Source of the DNA: Gammaproteobacteria bacterium DTU037
GTDB lineage: Bacteria; Pseudomonadota; Gammaproteobacteria; Pseudomonadales; Pseudomonadaceae
Length of the DNA stretch: 64,000 nt
Direction of reading: 5' to 3'
NCBI GenBank assembly: GCA_001513025.1
Contig: LFRZ01000125.1
Coordinates: forward strand, 10,997-74,996
Positions within the stretch are counted from its first letter, which is position 1. Every line of letters starts with the position of its first letter. The position numbers were made by a program, and so were the translations under genes. The notes beneath the pieces are model-generated. The model made no database searches. It was not told the origin of the DNA and saw only the letters and a list, made by a program, of their open reading frames with translations. This document shows, piece after piece, positions 13,742 to 24,566 of this stretch.

Positions 13742-14611
13742 TTAGCGTATATGCGCTAAAACACCTTGCAACTCTTCTAATGTGGCATAACTGATAACCA
13801 GTTGTCCTTTGCCCTTTTGGCCGTGTTTAATCTGTACTTGAGTACCTAAACGCTCGGCCAGTTTTTGTTCCAAACGCTTCACGTCCGGATCAATAACGGG
13901 TTTCTCTACAACAGCCTTGTCAACCAACATATTACGAACCAAGGCTTCGGTTTGTCTAACAGTAAAGCCCTTAGCGACAACATGTCGCGCCGCCTCAACT
14001 TGCTGATCGAGCGGTAACCCCAACAACGCACGGGCATGGCCCATTTCTAGATCACCATGGCTAAGCAAGGTTTTAATCTCGTCAGGCAAACCAATTAAGC
14101 GCAATAAGTTGGCGATAGTAGCACGTGACTTACCTACCGCATTAGCCACTTCTTGCTGGGTCAACTCAAATTCTTTTTGCAAACGTTGTAAAGCAACCGC
14201 TTCTTCGATCGGACTTAAATCTTCGCGTTGGATATTTTCAATCAACGCCATGGCAATCGCCGCTTCATCGGTGACATCACGCACCAATACTGGAATGGTA
14301 GCTAAACCTGCCAGTTTAGAAGCGCGCCAACGGCGTTCACCGGCAATAATTTCATAGCTGTTTTCAGCAATCAGACGCACAACAATAGGTTGCATAACGC
14401 CTTGTGCCTTGATCGATTGCGCCAGCTCTTCCAAGCTGGTTTGATCCATATCACCGCGCGGCTGATACTTACCGCGCTGAATGCACTCTACACTCAGATG
14501 TTGCAATTCACTGGTATTGACTTGCGCTGCTTGCTCTTGCCGAGTATTGGCTGTTGCACCACCCAGCAATGCATCCAGTCCACGTCCGAGGCCACGTTTT
14601 TTAACCGCCAT
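13742..14611 (-). CDS. parB: Chromosome partition protein ParB
   Basis: RGLGRGLDALL, IIAGERRWRA, ENIQREDL. Confidence 0.96.
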   Translation of the reverse strand: MAVKKRGLGRGLDALLGGATANTRQEQAAQVNTSELQHLSVECIQRGKYQPRGDMDQTSLEELAQSIKAQGVMQPIVVRLIAENSYEIIAGERRWRASKLAGLATIPVLVRDVTDEAAIAMALIENIQREDLSPIEEAVALQRLQKEFELTQQEVANAVGKSRATIANLLRLIGLPDEIKTLLSHGDLEMGHARALLGLPLDQQVEAARHVVAKGFTVRQTEALVRNMLVDKAVVEKPVIDPDVKRLEQKLAERLGTQVQIKHGQKGKGQLVISYATLEELQGVLAHIR

Positions 14612-14620
14612 AATGATTCC

Positions 14621-15412
14621 TTATGCGCGTGTTGCAGCGCGCTGACTGACGCGCTGGCGACGTGATAATTCACCAGCAAGCGCTAAATAAGCTTGAGCAC
14701 CACGGGACTGTTTATCATACACCAAGGCTGGCAATCCATGGCTGGGCGCTTCAGCTAAGCGCACATTGCGTGGAATAACGGTGTCATACAGTTTTTCACC
14801 AAAATGCTCTTTTAACTGATTCGACACATCATTGGTTAAACTTAAGCGCGGATCATACATGGTTCGCAAGATACCTTCTATTTCCAGCGCAGGATTCAGT
14901 TCCGCAGCAATGCGCTGGATACTGCCAATCAAGTCGGTTAATCCTTCCAAGGCAAAGTACTCACATTGCATCGGGATCATCACCGAATCCGCAGCCACTA
15001 AGGCGTTGATCGTAAGCATGCTTAAAGCGGGCGGACAATCGATCAAAATATAATCATAGTTACCACGTACCGGCTTTAAAGCCTCCAATAAACGACGTTC
15101 TTTATTGGGTAAATCCAGCAGTACCACTTCCGCTGCGGTTAAATCGCGATTGGACGGTAGCAATTGATAGCCACCATGCTCAGAAAACTGCATCACATCG
15201 ATTAAATTCGCTTGCCCAGTTAAAACATCCAGTACCGAATGTTGCAAGCTGTGTTTATCAATACCGCTGCCCATGGTCGCATTGCCTTGTGGATCAAGGT
15301 CAATCAACAGTACATGACGGCGCGTAGCCACTAAGGAGGCGGCTAAGTTAATACAGGTTGTGGTTTTACCGACACCGCCTTTCTGATTGGCAATTGCCAA
15401 GACCTTGCCCAT
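14621..15412 (-). CDS. parA: Chromosome partition ATPase ParA/Soj
   Basis: NQKGGVGKTT, DLDPQGN, DCPP. Confidence 0.96.
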   Translation of the reverse strand: MGKVLAIANQKGGVGKTTTCINLAASLVATRRHVLLIDLDPQGNATMGSGIDKHSLQHSVLDVLTGQANLIDVMQFSEHGGYQLLPSNRDLTAAEVVLLDLPNKERRLLEALKPVRGNYDYILIDCPPALSMLTINALVAADSVMIPMQCEYFALEGLTDLIGSIQRIAAELNPALEIEGILRTMYDPRLSLTNDVSNQLKEHFGEKLYDTVIPRNVRLAEAPSHGLPALVYDKQSRGAQAYLALAGELSRRQRVSQRAATRA

Positions 15413-15425
15413 ATTATCTCCTAAA

Positions 15426-16070
15426 TTATAATTGACGCTGCAAGATCAATAAATGTCGTTGCCCTTGGCAGCCGGGTACTTTCAGAACCTGACAGCTATC
15501 GAGACGAAAATCCTCTGGCAATGCTTGCAACTCATCATCAGGATGCACGCCTTTCATAGCTAACCAATGGGTTGTTAGATCGCCTAAATGACGTGTCCAG
15601 TTGCTAAAATCTGCTAACGAACTAAATGCTCGCGAGATAATGCCAGAAAAAGCCCGCTCAGGGGTAAAGGCTTCGACGCGATTGTGGATAACTTCAAGGT
15701 TATCCAATTTTAACTCCAGTTTCACCTGAGTTAAAAAGCGCGTTTTTTTGCCATTAGAATCCAGCAAGGTGAATTTGCGCTCTGGAAACATAATGGCTAA
15801 GGGCACGCCAGGCATCCCTCCGCCACTGCCGACATCCAGCCAATCGTTACCGTACTGTTCAACATAGGTAAGCACACTGAGGCTATCGAGCAAATGCCGC
15901 GAGACCATTTCATCTGGATTACGCACGGCGGTTAAATTGTAAGCTTTATTCCACTTAATCAATAAACCCAAATACTGTAATAACAACTGTTGCTGCTGTT
16001 CGCTTAACGCAATATTGAGCTGCTGAGCGCCCTCAATTAATTCCTGCGCATGCTGTGTAGTAACACTCAT
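15426..16070 (-). CDS. rsmG: 16S rRNA m7G527 methyltransferase
   Basis: [24 protein letters not shown]. Confidence 0.96.
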   Translation of the reverse strand: MSVTTQHAQELIEGAQQLNIALSEQQQQLLLQYLGLLIKWNKAYNLTAVRNPDEMVSRHLLDSLSVLTYVEQYGNDWLDVGSGGGMPGVPLAIMFPERKFTLLDSNGKKTRFLTQVKLELKLDNLEVIHNRVEAFTPERAFSGIISRAFSSLADFSNWTRHLGDLTTHWLAMKGVHPDDELQALPEDFRLDSCQVLKVPGCQGQRHLLILQRQL

Positions 16071-17965
16071 GAATCTGGCTGCTCCAAAACTTGCGTCGCT
16101 TTACGTTTTTTCAAATGCACCATCAACAAAGATACCGCTGCTTGGGTCACCCCAGGAATACGCGAGGCCTGCCCCAAGGTTTCTGGACGACTGGCCGATA
16201 GTTTTTGCTGAATTTCTTTAGATAAGCCAGAAATAACGGCGTAATCAATATCACTCGGTAATTTCACCGCTTCACTGGCACGCAGTTTGGCAATGTCATC
16301 TAATTGACGATCAAGGTAACCCGCATATTTGGTTTTAATTTCTAACTGTTCAGCAACCAGTTCATCGGTAATACCACCGCCAGTGACCGAGATCAAATCT
16401 AGATAATTCACTTCTGGACGGGCTAATAAATTCAATAAATTGTATTCATGCGTCAATGGCGTATTAAATTTCGCCATCACCGCTTCACCTAAAGGCGTGC
16501 CGGGGCGTACCCAAGTGTCTTTTAAACGTTGTTCTTCTAAGATGATGGCTTCGCGTTTGGCTTCAAATACTGACCAGCGATAGTCATCAACTAAACCAAT
16601 TTCACGGCCTTTTTCAGTCAAACGCATATCGGCATTGTCTTCACGCAAAATCAAGCGGTATTCCGCGCGTGAGGTAAACATACGGTAGGGTTCTTGCGCA
16701 CCTAAAGTAATCAAATCGTCAATCAATACACCCAAATAGGCTTCATCACGGCGCGGATGCCAGCTGTCCTTACCTTGTGAGCGTAAAGCAGCATTACTGC
16801 CAGCCAATAAGCCTTGCACACCGGCTTCTTCATAACCCGTGGTGCCGTTAATTTGTCCAGCAAAAAACAAACCTGCAATCACTTTGGTTTCTAAACTGTA
16901 TTTCAAATCGCGAGGATCAAAGTAATCGTATTCAATCGCATAACCCGGGCGAATAATATGCGCATTTTCCATACCAAGAATCGAGTGCACCAGATCCAAC
17001 TGCACATCAAAGGGCAAGGAAGTGGAAATTCCATTGGGATACAGCTCTGGGGTTTTTAAACCTTCAGGCTCTAAAAAAATCTGATGGCTGTCTTTATCGG
17101 CAAAGCGGTGAATTTTATCTTCGATCGATGGGCAATAACGTGGCCCCACCCCTTCAATCACACCGGCATACATCGGTGAGCGATCAAGATTTCTAGCAAT
17201 GATGTCGTGGGTTTTACTGTTGGTATGAGTAATCCAGCAACTGACTTGCTCTGGGTGTTGTTCGCGATTACCCAAAAATGACATAACAGGCAATGGTGTA
17301 TCACCGGGTTGCTCAGTCATTACCGAAAAATTAACCGAGCGCGCATCAATGCGCGGTGGCGTTCCGGTTTTTAAGCGATTAACCCGTAAAGATAATTCAC
17401 GCATGCGTTGCGCTAACGCATTGGCGGGTGGATCACCGGCACGTCCACCTGAATAGTTTTGTAAACCAATATGGATTAGACCACCCAAGAAGGTGCCTGT
17501 GGTTAATACCACGTTGTCAGCAAAAAAGCGTAAACCCATTTGCGTCACAGCACCACGCACTTGATCGTTTTCTACAATCAAATCTTCAACCGCCTGTTGG
17601 AAAATCCACAGATTAGGTTGGTGCTCTAAAATTTCACGAATCGCCGCTTTGTAAAGAACACGGTCAGCTTGTGCACGAGTGGCTCGAACCGCTGGACCTT
17701 TACGGCTGTTGAGAATTCTAAACTGAATACCGCTTAAATCAGCGGCGGTTGCCATGGCACCGCCCAGCGCATCAATTTCTCTGACTAAGTGACTTTTACC
17801 AATTCCACCAATGGCTGGATTACAGCTCATCTGCCCGAGGGTTTCGATGTTGTGAGTCAGTAATAAGGTTTTTACTCCCATGCGAGCAGAGGCTAACGCA
17901 GCTTCAGTACCTGCGTGGCCACCACCAATTACTATCACGTCAAAACGGGAAGGATAATCCACCAT
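16067..17965 (-). CDS. mnmG: tRNA uridine 5-carboxymethylaminomethyl modification enzyme GidA
   Basis: [35 protein letters not shown]. Confidence 0.98.
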   Translation of the reverse strand: MVDYPSRFDVIVIGGGHAGTEAALASARMGVKTLLLTHNIETLGQMSCNPAIGGIGKSHLVREIDALGGAMATAADLSGIQFRILNSRKGPAVRATRAQADRVLYKAAIREILEHQPNLWIFQQAVEDLIVENDQVRGAVTQMGLRFFADNVVLTTGTFLGGLIHIGLQNYSGGRAGDPPANALAQRMRELSLRVNRLKTGTPPRIDARSVNFSVMTEQPGDTPLPVMSFLGNREQHPEQVSCWITHTNSKTHDIIARNLDRSPMYAGVIEGVGPRYCPSIEDKIHRFADKDSHQIFLEPEGLKTPELYPNGISTSLPFDVQLDLVHSILGMENAHIIRPGYAIEYDYFDPRDLKYSLETKVIAGLFFAGQINGTTGYEEAGVQGLLAGSNAALRSQGKDSWHPRRDEAYLGVLIDDLITLGAQEPYRMFTSRAEYRLILREDNADMRLTEKGREIGLVDDYRWSVFEAKREAIILEEQRLKDTWVRPGTPLGEAVMAKFNTPLTHEYNLLNLLARPEVNYLDLISVTGGGITDELVAEQLEIKTKYAGYLDRQLDDIAKLRASEAVKLPSDIDYAVISGLSKEIQQKLSASRPETLGQASRIPGVTQAAVSLLMVHLKKRKATQVLEQPDS

Positions 17966-18159
17966 ACACCTCAGGATTGTATCTAAAAACGGATGAACTG
18001 ATCTATGCAGTCGTTGTGTTTGACACAGTGCATTGATCTACAAGGCTATTGGGTTTGCCGCTAGCGAGTTCCAGGACAGCAATAGTATAGATTTTTACGC
18101 AGCTTTGCAGAAGGTTTCATCACTAAGCTTTTGCTTTGCACTGGACGGCAAGGTAAATA

Positions 18160-18411
18160 GATATAAGTTAAGTATAAAGATATAAAGCTTATTATTACTG
18201 CTATTACTAGTCAGCTCACTTTTTGTTGATAACCTTATAAATTCTTTTAAAATCAATAACTTGTATCTGTCAAAAGGGTGTTGAGAAGCGCCCTTAAGGC
18301 AGAGGGATAAGCGTCCTAAGCTTGTGGACAAAGCAGTGAGTTATCCACAGGTGAAGTTATCCACAGACTTAACCACCGTTTATCAACCGTGCTCAGCAGC
18401 GGTTCTCCACA
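18160..18411. other. oriC-like element A (upstream of mnmG)
   Basis: AT-rich tract and trio-like repeats (18160-18212). DnaA boxes: TGTTGATAA 18224, TGTGGACAA 18323, TTATCCACA 18341 and 18357, TTATCAACC 18380, TTCTCCACA 18403. IHF consensus AATCAATAACTTG at 18251-18263. Confidence 0.85.
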
Positions 18412-18681
18412 GAGCTTAGGGGGGAAAATAGTTTTAAAAAAGATCAATACAGAGTGTTTTGTGGCAGCAATAGATAGGAATCAAACGGATATTTTTAGAG
18501 TAGGCTGCTGGACTGACAGAAAATAGCTGATAAGTATTGAGATAACAGAGGCTTAATAGCCTGCGTGAAGCGAGGACGAGAAGCAGATAGATGTGTAAAA
18601 TAATGGTATTGGCTTAATAAAACCGCGGCAGCTGCCCAGTCGAGTCGATGAATCGTTCGAGGCAGATACTGCGATTATGGG

Positions 18682-19036
18682 TTAACCGCGGCGAATAATG
18701 GTGCCACGATCGCCAACGGCGTAAACAGCCCCAGTTTGAGTGGCGCAGACTGAGCGCAGTCCTACATCGGTACTGCTTTGCTCTGCCAGCCACTGATCGT
18801 CTTGTAGGCGCAGTACACAGCCGTGGGTGCCCACAATAAAAACGCCTGCCTTTTTTGAGCCGGAGATAGCCAATAGGTCTGCCCGTAAACGGGTCGCCAT
18901 TTGGTGCCAACGCTGGCCATCAAAGTGAGCCAAGGTGCCAGATAAGCCTACGGCATAGATGTTACTGAGACTGTCACCCCACACACCGTAAAGGAAGTTT
19001 TCGCTCCCCACATTGAACTCTGTCCACTCTTTGCCC
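18682..19036 (-). pseudogene. 3' fragment of a beta-propeller (WD40/YVTN-like repeat) gene, truncated by IS3
   Basis: Repeats like LYGVWGDSLSNIYAVGLSGTLAHFDGQRW and LRSVCATQTGAVYAVGDRGTII; the frame begins exactly at the IS terminal repeat. Confidence 0.65.
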
Positions 19037-19927
19037 TGTTCGGCCAAGCAAAAGTAGACACTTTGTTTTTACATTTTTCATACTCAACTGGACTCATGTC
19101 GCCATTCGCCGTATGAAGCCTTTCTAAGTTGTAGTTGCGCATAGAGGCTGCCACATCGTTAGCCATTTCCTCACGCGTTTTGTGGTGTACTTTTAGTATC
19201 CAGTCGTGCTTTAAGCTGCCAAAGAAACGCTCAACAACAGCGTTATCCCAGCAGGCTCCCACATCACCCATTGACGGTTTGATGTTCATTTTAACTAACT
19301 CTTTTCTCAGCGTTTTGCTGGTGTATTGAGAGCCGCGGTCACTGTGGAATATCACGCCCTTAGGCCGCTTACGCAGCCAGTAGGCTTGCCGTAGCGACTG
19401 CAGGATTAAATCCGTTGTCATCCGCGAGCTGATGGTCTAGCCGATGATTCGGCGCGAGTTCAGGTCCATAACAATGCTTAAATACATCCAACCTTCACCC
19501 GTTTTTAAGTAGGTTACATCGCCTGCCCAAACTTAATTTGGCTGAGTCGGTAACCAAGTTCGGTGTCACATCGTGCGTTAACTCACGTTTGGTGGTCACT
19601 CTGTCAGCCACACGCTGCTTAACAATCAGGTTCAGCTTACGCATGTGCTACGTGTTTTAGCACGCCCCACGTTAAAGTGTTTTTTACGCAATACCTTCAT
19701 TAATTCACGACTACCAAAGCTCTCTCGGCTCTTACGAAACAGATCCCGTGCGGTATGGTATAGCTTTAATTCTTGCGCACTGATGAGCTTAGCTGGCTGC
19801 TTTTTCCATGCATAAAAACCTAAGCGGCTTAGCCCTAATAGGGCGCAGCAGAGTTGTGCTGGATAGCCTTCTTGCGTCACAGAATGAACAAATTCAAAAC
19901 CTAGTTCATCTCTCTGGCAAAGAAGGT
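19037..19927 (-). mobile_element. Decayed IS3-family element (orfB remnants, orfA tail, one terminal IR)
   Basis: DDE motifs FHSDRGSQYTS and WDNAVVERFFGSLK. orfA tail FFAREMN* at 19901-19924. IR end TGTTCGGCCAAGCAAAAGTAGACAC at 19037-19061. Frameshift near 19640 and in-frame stops at 19533-19535 and 19437-19439. Left end missing. Confidence 0.88.
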
Positions 19928-20011
19928 ATAAAACAGATTTAACCCTGATGCTTGGGGTCGTAACGGCAACGTTTTCAGTGTTCTGCTTCGATGTCAGCTT
20001 TACAGTTTAAT

Positions 20012-20091
20012 CTGTGGATAAGTTTTATATAAAAAGGCCGCACTGAATGCCAGTACGGCCTTTTTTATAATCTACATATACTTATCCACAG
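20012..20091. promoter_or_regulatory. Inverted pair of perfect DnaA boxes flanking the mnmE terminator
   Basis: CTGTGGATAAGT (20012-20023) and ACTTATCCACAG (20080-20091) enclose the hairpin AAAAAGGCCG...CGGCCTTTTT. Confidence 0.8.
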
Positions 20092-20119
20092 GTCACTTCT
20101 GCAACACAAACACTATCAG

Positions 20120-21481
20120 TTATTTACCGATACAAAAACTGGAAAAAATCCGTCCTAATAAATCATCTGCAGTGAATTCGCCAGTGATTTCACCCAGTGC
20201 CTGTTGCGCCATACGTAAATCTTCAGCTAAGAGTTCGCCGGCGCTGGCCACCGTCAGCTGTTGGTAACCATTGGCTAAATACTGCTCAGCTTGTTTCAGC
20301 GCATCAAGATGACGGCGACGGGCGCTGAAGCTGCTTTCTATCGTTTGGCTGTAGCCCATGCAGCTTTTTAAATGCTCGCGCAGCAGCTCTACCCCATCAC
20401 CGCTGCGGGCACAGAGGTTTATGGTGACATGACCATCAGTATTACTCTGCATCGCCACTGGCTCGCCGGACAGATCGACCTTGTTACGAATTAAGGTAAC
20501 TTTTTCTGGGTGTGGTGTGCTGTCTAAAAATTCAGGCCACAAAGCGAAAGGATCATTGGCTTCGCTGGAATTGGCATCCACCACCAATAAAATTCGGTCC
20601 GCTGCATGAATGGCTTTTAAAGCGCGCTCAACCCCGATTTTTTCTACTTGATCGGCAGTGTTACGCAAACCTGCGGTATCAGTGACATGCAAAGGCATGC
20701 CATCAATATGAATATGCTCGCGTAAAATATCCCGCGTGGTGCCTGCAATATCAGTCACAATCGCTGCTTCATAACCGGCCAAACTATTGAGTAAACTGGA
20801 CTTACCCGCATTGGGTCGACCGGCAATCACCACACTCATGCCATCGCGCAATAAAGCGCCTTGGCCGGCTTCGCGTACCACCTCTTTAAGCTCACTTTGC
20901 ACATCTGTGAGTAACTTTAGAATATGCCCATCGGCTAAGAAATCGATTTCCTCTTCTGGAAAATCAATCGCAGCTTCCACATAAATACGCAAAGCAATCA
21001 ACTGCTCGGTCAGCGCATTGACCCGCTTAGAAAATACCCCTTGTAAAGAACGCAAGGCATTGCGTGCCGCCTGCGTGGAACTGGCTTCAATCAAGTCAGC
21101 AATGGCTTCGGCTTGGGCTAAATCAAGTTTATCGTTGAGAAAAGCGCGCTCACTGAACTCGCCTGGGCGAGCTAAACGCGCACCGAGTTCAACGCAGCGC
21201 TGCAACAGCATATCCAATACCACAGGACCACCATGGCCTTGTAGCTCAAAAATATCTTCGCCGGTAAAGGAATTAGGACCGGCAAAATAAATGGCTAAAC
21301 CTTGATCAATGGCTTGTTGATTGTCGGTATAAAAAGGGCCGTAATGAGCGTAACGCGGTTTTAATTCACGGTCTGTCATCTGCTGGGCTATCTGCTGGGC
21401 CAGCGGACCTGAAACTCGAACAATCCCTACTCCGCCGCGCCCTTGTGCAGTGGCAATAGCGGCAATGGTGTCACGCGACAT
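20120..21481 (-). CDS. mnmE: tRNA modification GTPase
   Basis: [47 protein letters not shown]; the exact start may be 6-21 nt upstream. Confidence 0.97.
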   Translation of the reverse strand: MSRDTIAAIATAQGRGGVGIVRVSGPLAQQIAQQMTDRELKPRYAHYGPFYTDNQQAIDQGLAIYFAGPNSFTGEDIFELQGHGGPVVLDMLLQRCVELGARLARPGEFSERAFLNDKLDLAQAEAIADLIEASSTQAARNALRSLQGVFSKRVNALTEQLIALRIYVEAAIDFPEEEIDFLADGHILKLLTDVQSELKEVVREAGQGALLRDGMSVVIAGRPNAGKSSLLNSLAGYEAAIVTDIAGTTRDILREHIHIDGMPLHVTDTAGLRNTADQVEKIGVERALKAIHAADRILLVVDANSSEANDPFALWPEFLDSTPHPEKVTLIRNKVDLSGEPVAMQSNTDGHVTINLCARSGDGVELLREHLKSCMGYSQTIESSFSARRRHLDALKQAEQYLANGYQQLTVASAGELLAEDLRMAQQALGEITGEFTADDLLGRIFSSFCIGK

Positions 21482-21516
21482 CGGCATAACGATTTTCCTC
21501 AACAGTATTCACAAAG

Positions 21517-21544
21517 CACAACGCCCCTAAAAAGGGGCGTTGTG
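21517..21544 (-). terminator. Hairpin after yidC
   Basis: CACAACGCCCCT-AAAA-AGGGGCGTTGTG perfect 12-bp stem. Confidence 0.7.
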
Positions 21545-21560
21545 AACTCGATAGGTTCGA

Positions 21561-23324
21561 CTAACTCGCGTTAGCAGCCGCCATTGATTTTTCAATCTTA
21601 CGAGTAATGTACCACTGTTGACCAATGGATAGGAGGTTGTTAACCACCCAGTACAATACCAATCCTGCAGGGAACCAGAGGAAGAAGAAGGTAAAGATAA
21701 TTGGCAACAACTTCATTACTTTAGCTTGCATTGGATCCGGTGGTGTTGGGTTGAGTTGTTGTTGTACAAACATACTCAAGCCCATGATGATTGGCAGAAT
21801 AAAGAACGGGTCTTTACTGGACAAGTCGGTTAACCAGAACATAAAGGGAGCCTGACGCATTTCCACGCTTTCCAGCAATACCCAGTACAAGGATAAGAAC
21901 ACTGGCATCTGTACCAAAATAGGTAAGCAGCCGCCCAGCGGGTTGATCTTCTCTTTTTTGTACAGTTCCATCATACCTTGTGACAGCTTTTGGCGATCAC
22001 CCGCATGTTCTTCTTTTAGCGCAGCCATTCTTGGCGCAACGGCACGCATACGCGCCATTGATTTATAGCTGGCGGCGGACAAGGGGAAGAAGGCTAGCTT
22101 AATTAGGATGGTGAGGACAATAATTGACCAACCCCAGTTACCTAAAATACTGTGGATAACGCCCAGTAACCAGAAAATAGGCTGAGCAATAAACCACAAA
22201 AATCCGTAATCAACTGTCAGTTCTAAACCTGGTGACAAGTTTTTTAGGTGACTTTGAATTTTAGGACCGGCATATAAAGTTGCGCTAGCCTGTGCATGTT
22301 CACCTGCAGCAACAGTCATCGCAGGGCTGGTATAACCAATGATGTAATTGCCTTTACTGTCTTTACGGGTAGTGACCTGATTGGTTTGCTCAGGATTTGC
22401 CACCCATGCCGTTACAAAGTAATGCTGTAGCCAAGCAACCCAACCACCTTCGACAGCCTGATTAAACTTTTTATCATCCATATTGCTCATGGATAATTTT
22501 TTGTACGGCTCATCAGCTGTCCACAGCGCAGCACCTAAATAGGTCGCTGTACCGGTCGCAGTGGTTGAGGATGGATCGCCTTGACCATCACGCTTGAGTT
22601 GGGCAAATAAATTACCTTTCCACTCGCGCTCGCTTTGGTTATCCACCAGGTAGGTTAAATCAATTTGATACGCCTGCTGGTTGATACATTCCAGTTTACG
22701 CTGACTGATTTCACGCGCAGAACATTCAACACTTAAACCACGGTGCAGGGTAAAGCGCTTGGTATAGTTGACGCCATTTTCTTGGAAAGAAAGGTCAACA
22801 TTGAGTTGTTCTTGGCCGTCTTGCAAAGTGAAATTTTGTTGAATAGCGCTGTACAACGGACGACCGCTGGCGCGTGCATCAGGGCCATTGGCACCGACTA
22901 AACCACTTTGTGCGACATAGACACGCTCATTGCTGTTTTCAAATAACTGCAATGGAATATCAGGATTGGAGGCATGACGCGGATACTGACTGAGTTTTAA
23001 CTCAACGATATCACCACCATTGGGATCAATCGCCAATTGCAATACATCCGTCTGTACATAAATCAAATCATTGCTAACAACATTGCTGACCAAGGTAGGA
23101 TCTTGAGCACGCTCATTGATCGCAACGGGCACGTCATCATTATCGGCTGTGCTAGCAGTGTTATTAATCGCTTGATTATTTGACGATGCGTTTTGATTAA
23201 CTGTACTTGATTGGGTTATTGCTGCTGTTACTGGTGCCTGGCCGTAGTCTTGATTCCACTGAAGAACCATCATATAAGACACAACAGCTAAGGCAACGAG
23301 CAGGATCGTACGTTGGATATCCAT
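21561..23324 (-). CDS. yidC: Membrane protein insertase
   Basis: TVDYGFLWFIAQP, NPLGGCLPILVQMPVF, GLVLYWVVNN. Confidence 0.97.
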   Translation of the reverse strand: MDIQRTILLVALAVVSYMMVLQWNQDYGQAPVTAAITQSSTVNQNASSNNQAINNTASTADNDDVPVAINERAQDPTLVSNVVSNDLIYVQTDVLQLAIDPNGGDIVELKLSQYPRHASNPDIPLQLFENSNERVYVAQSGLVGANGPDARASGRPLYSAIQQNFTLQDGQEQLNVDLSFQENGVNYTKRFTLHRGLSVECSAREISQRKLECINQQAYQIDLTYLVDNQSEREWKGNLFAQLKRDGQGDPSSTTATGTATYLGAALWTADEPYKKLSMSNMDDKKFNQAVEGGWVAWLQHYFVTAWVANPEQTNQVTTRKDSKGNYIIGYTSPAMTVAAGEHAQASATLYAGPKIQSHLKNLSPGLELTVDYGFLWFIAQPIFWLLGVIHSILGNWGWSIIVLTILIKLAFFPLSAASYKSMARMRAVAPRMAALKEEHAGDRQKLSQGMMELYKKEKINPLGGCLPILVQMPVFLSLYWVLLESVEMRQAPFMFWLTDLSSKDPFFILPIIMGLSMFVQQQLNPTPPDPMQAKVMKLLPIIFTFFFLWFPAGLVLYWVVNNLLSIGQQWYITRKIEKSMAAANAS

Positions 23325-23326
23325 GA

Positions 23327-23566
23327 TTACTCGGCCGTAGAAGATGAACAGGAAGGAGGCGGTACGGGATCAAAACCTCCCGCATTCCAAGGGTGACAAC
23401 GCCCAAGTCGTCGCATGGCTAACCAGCCACCACGAATTGCACCATGCTGTTCAATTGCTTCAATGGCATAACATGAACAACTTGGGTAAAAGCGACAATG
23501 ACTTGCCATCATGGGACTGATTGCATAACGATAAAACTTAATTGGCAAAATCACCAATTTACGCAT
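23327..23566 (-). CDS. yidD: Membrane protein insertion efficiency factor
   Basis: Start reassigned to [14 protein letters not shown]; [24 protein letters not shown]. Confidence 0.92.
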   Translation of the reverse strand: MRKLVILPIKFYRYAISPMMASHCRFYPSCSCYAIEAIEQHGAIRGGWLAMRRLGRCHPWNAGGFDPVPPPSCSSSTAE

Positions 23567-23960
23567 GGGTCGACCCTGCTGAATCAGCTGGGGCTGTTTG
23601 CAATGCAGCTGTACGCTGGCGGGCCAAGCGTTTCCACATTTTATCGAACTGTTGTCGAAGCTCAATATTAGACAAATCAGCAATACCCCTGCGGGCAACA
23701 ATAACGATATCTACACCAGTCAAAATATCTTGATTATGGCGAAAGGATTCTCGTATTTGACGTTTTATTCTATTGCGCTCAACAGCAAGTTTTACGCTTT
23801 TCTTACCAATAACCAACCCGAGACGTGGATGTTCGAGTTGGTTTTCACGAGCAAGTAACAAGACATTTTTGCCAGGTACTTTATTCGATGCAGAATCAAA
23901 GACAGCTTTAAACTGCTGAGGAGTCAGCAGACGCTTATCTCGGCCAAAGGCCAAATTCAT
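23559..23960 (-). CDS. rnpA: RNase P protein component
   Basis: [25 protein letters not shown]. Confidence 0.95.
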   Translation of the reverse strand: MNLAFGRDKRLLTPQQFKAVFDSASNKVPGKNVLLLARENQLEHPRLGLVIGKKSVKLAVERNRIKRQIRESFRHNQDILTGVDIVIVARRGIADLSNIELRQQFDKMWKRLARQRTAALQTAPADSAGSTHA

Positions 23961-23976
23961 GCTGTGCTCGACTGGA

Positions 23977-24111
23977 TTATGCGCTCAGACGCTTACGGCC
24001 TTTGGCACGACGACGCTGAATAACAGCGCGACCGCCGACAGTTGCCATGCGTGCACGGAAACCGTGGTTACGAGCGCGTTTTAGTGTACTGGGTTGGAAT
24101 GTGCGTTTCAT
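23977..24111 (-). CDS. rpmH: 50S ribosomal protein L34
   Basis: Manually translated: [44 protein letters not shown]. Confidence 0.98.
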   Translation of the reverse strand: MKRTFQPSTLKRARNHGFRARMATVGGRAVIQRRRAKGRKRLSA

Positions 24112-24269
24112 GATTCGGTACCTGGTGACTTCTTGGGCTGAATGGGTCCCGAAGTGGTCCCCGTTAAATAGACCGACAATTCTATTGAAAGCTGAGGCTT
24201 AGGTCAATTATCTGTAGCAATTGTTTATCAAATATCCATTAACCGCTCTTGAAAAGTTCTGCTTACCGT

Positions 24270-24535
24270 GCGTATAGAGAGATAGAATAAATTAGAAATG
24301 AATATATAAAGCTTATATTTATTGTTATTACTACTGAGCCAGTATTCTGTTGATAACCTTTAAAAGTTGTTATTAATCAGTAGCTTATGACGTTTTAAAG
24401 GTTGTGTTGAAGGGGTAACTTAGGTGTGTGCTTGCAGCACATAAGCTGTGGATAAAGGGGCTAGTTATCCACAGGTCGATTATTCACAGAGTTATCCACA
24501 GCTTATTGCACCGAGCCTATGCGGGGTTCTCCACA
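24270..24535. other. oriC-like element B (upstream of rpmH)
   Basis: AT-rich tract and trio-like repeats (24270-24335). DnaA boxes: TGTTGATAA 24348, TGTGGATAA 24447, TTATCCACA 24465 and 24492, TTATTCACA 24480, TTCTCCACA 24527. IHF-like AATCAGTAGCTTA at 24375-24387. Confidence 0.88.
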
Positions 24536-24566
24536 GGGTTTAAACGGCTTAAAACAGTGCATTTGA

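Noticed and set aside
18948-19421. 157-aa intact transposase or fusion ORF
   Set aside because: It is only the C-terminal part of IS3 orfB reading past the IR into unrelated sequence; the upstream part has stops and a frameshift.
20120-20137. Genomic island integrated at the mnmE (trmE) 3' end, a known hotspot
   Set aside because: I found no second copy of TTTTGTATCGGTAAATAA and no integrase; the adjacent relic is IS-derived.
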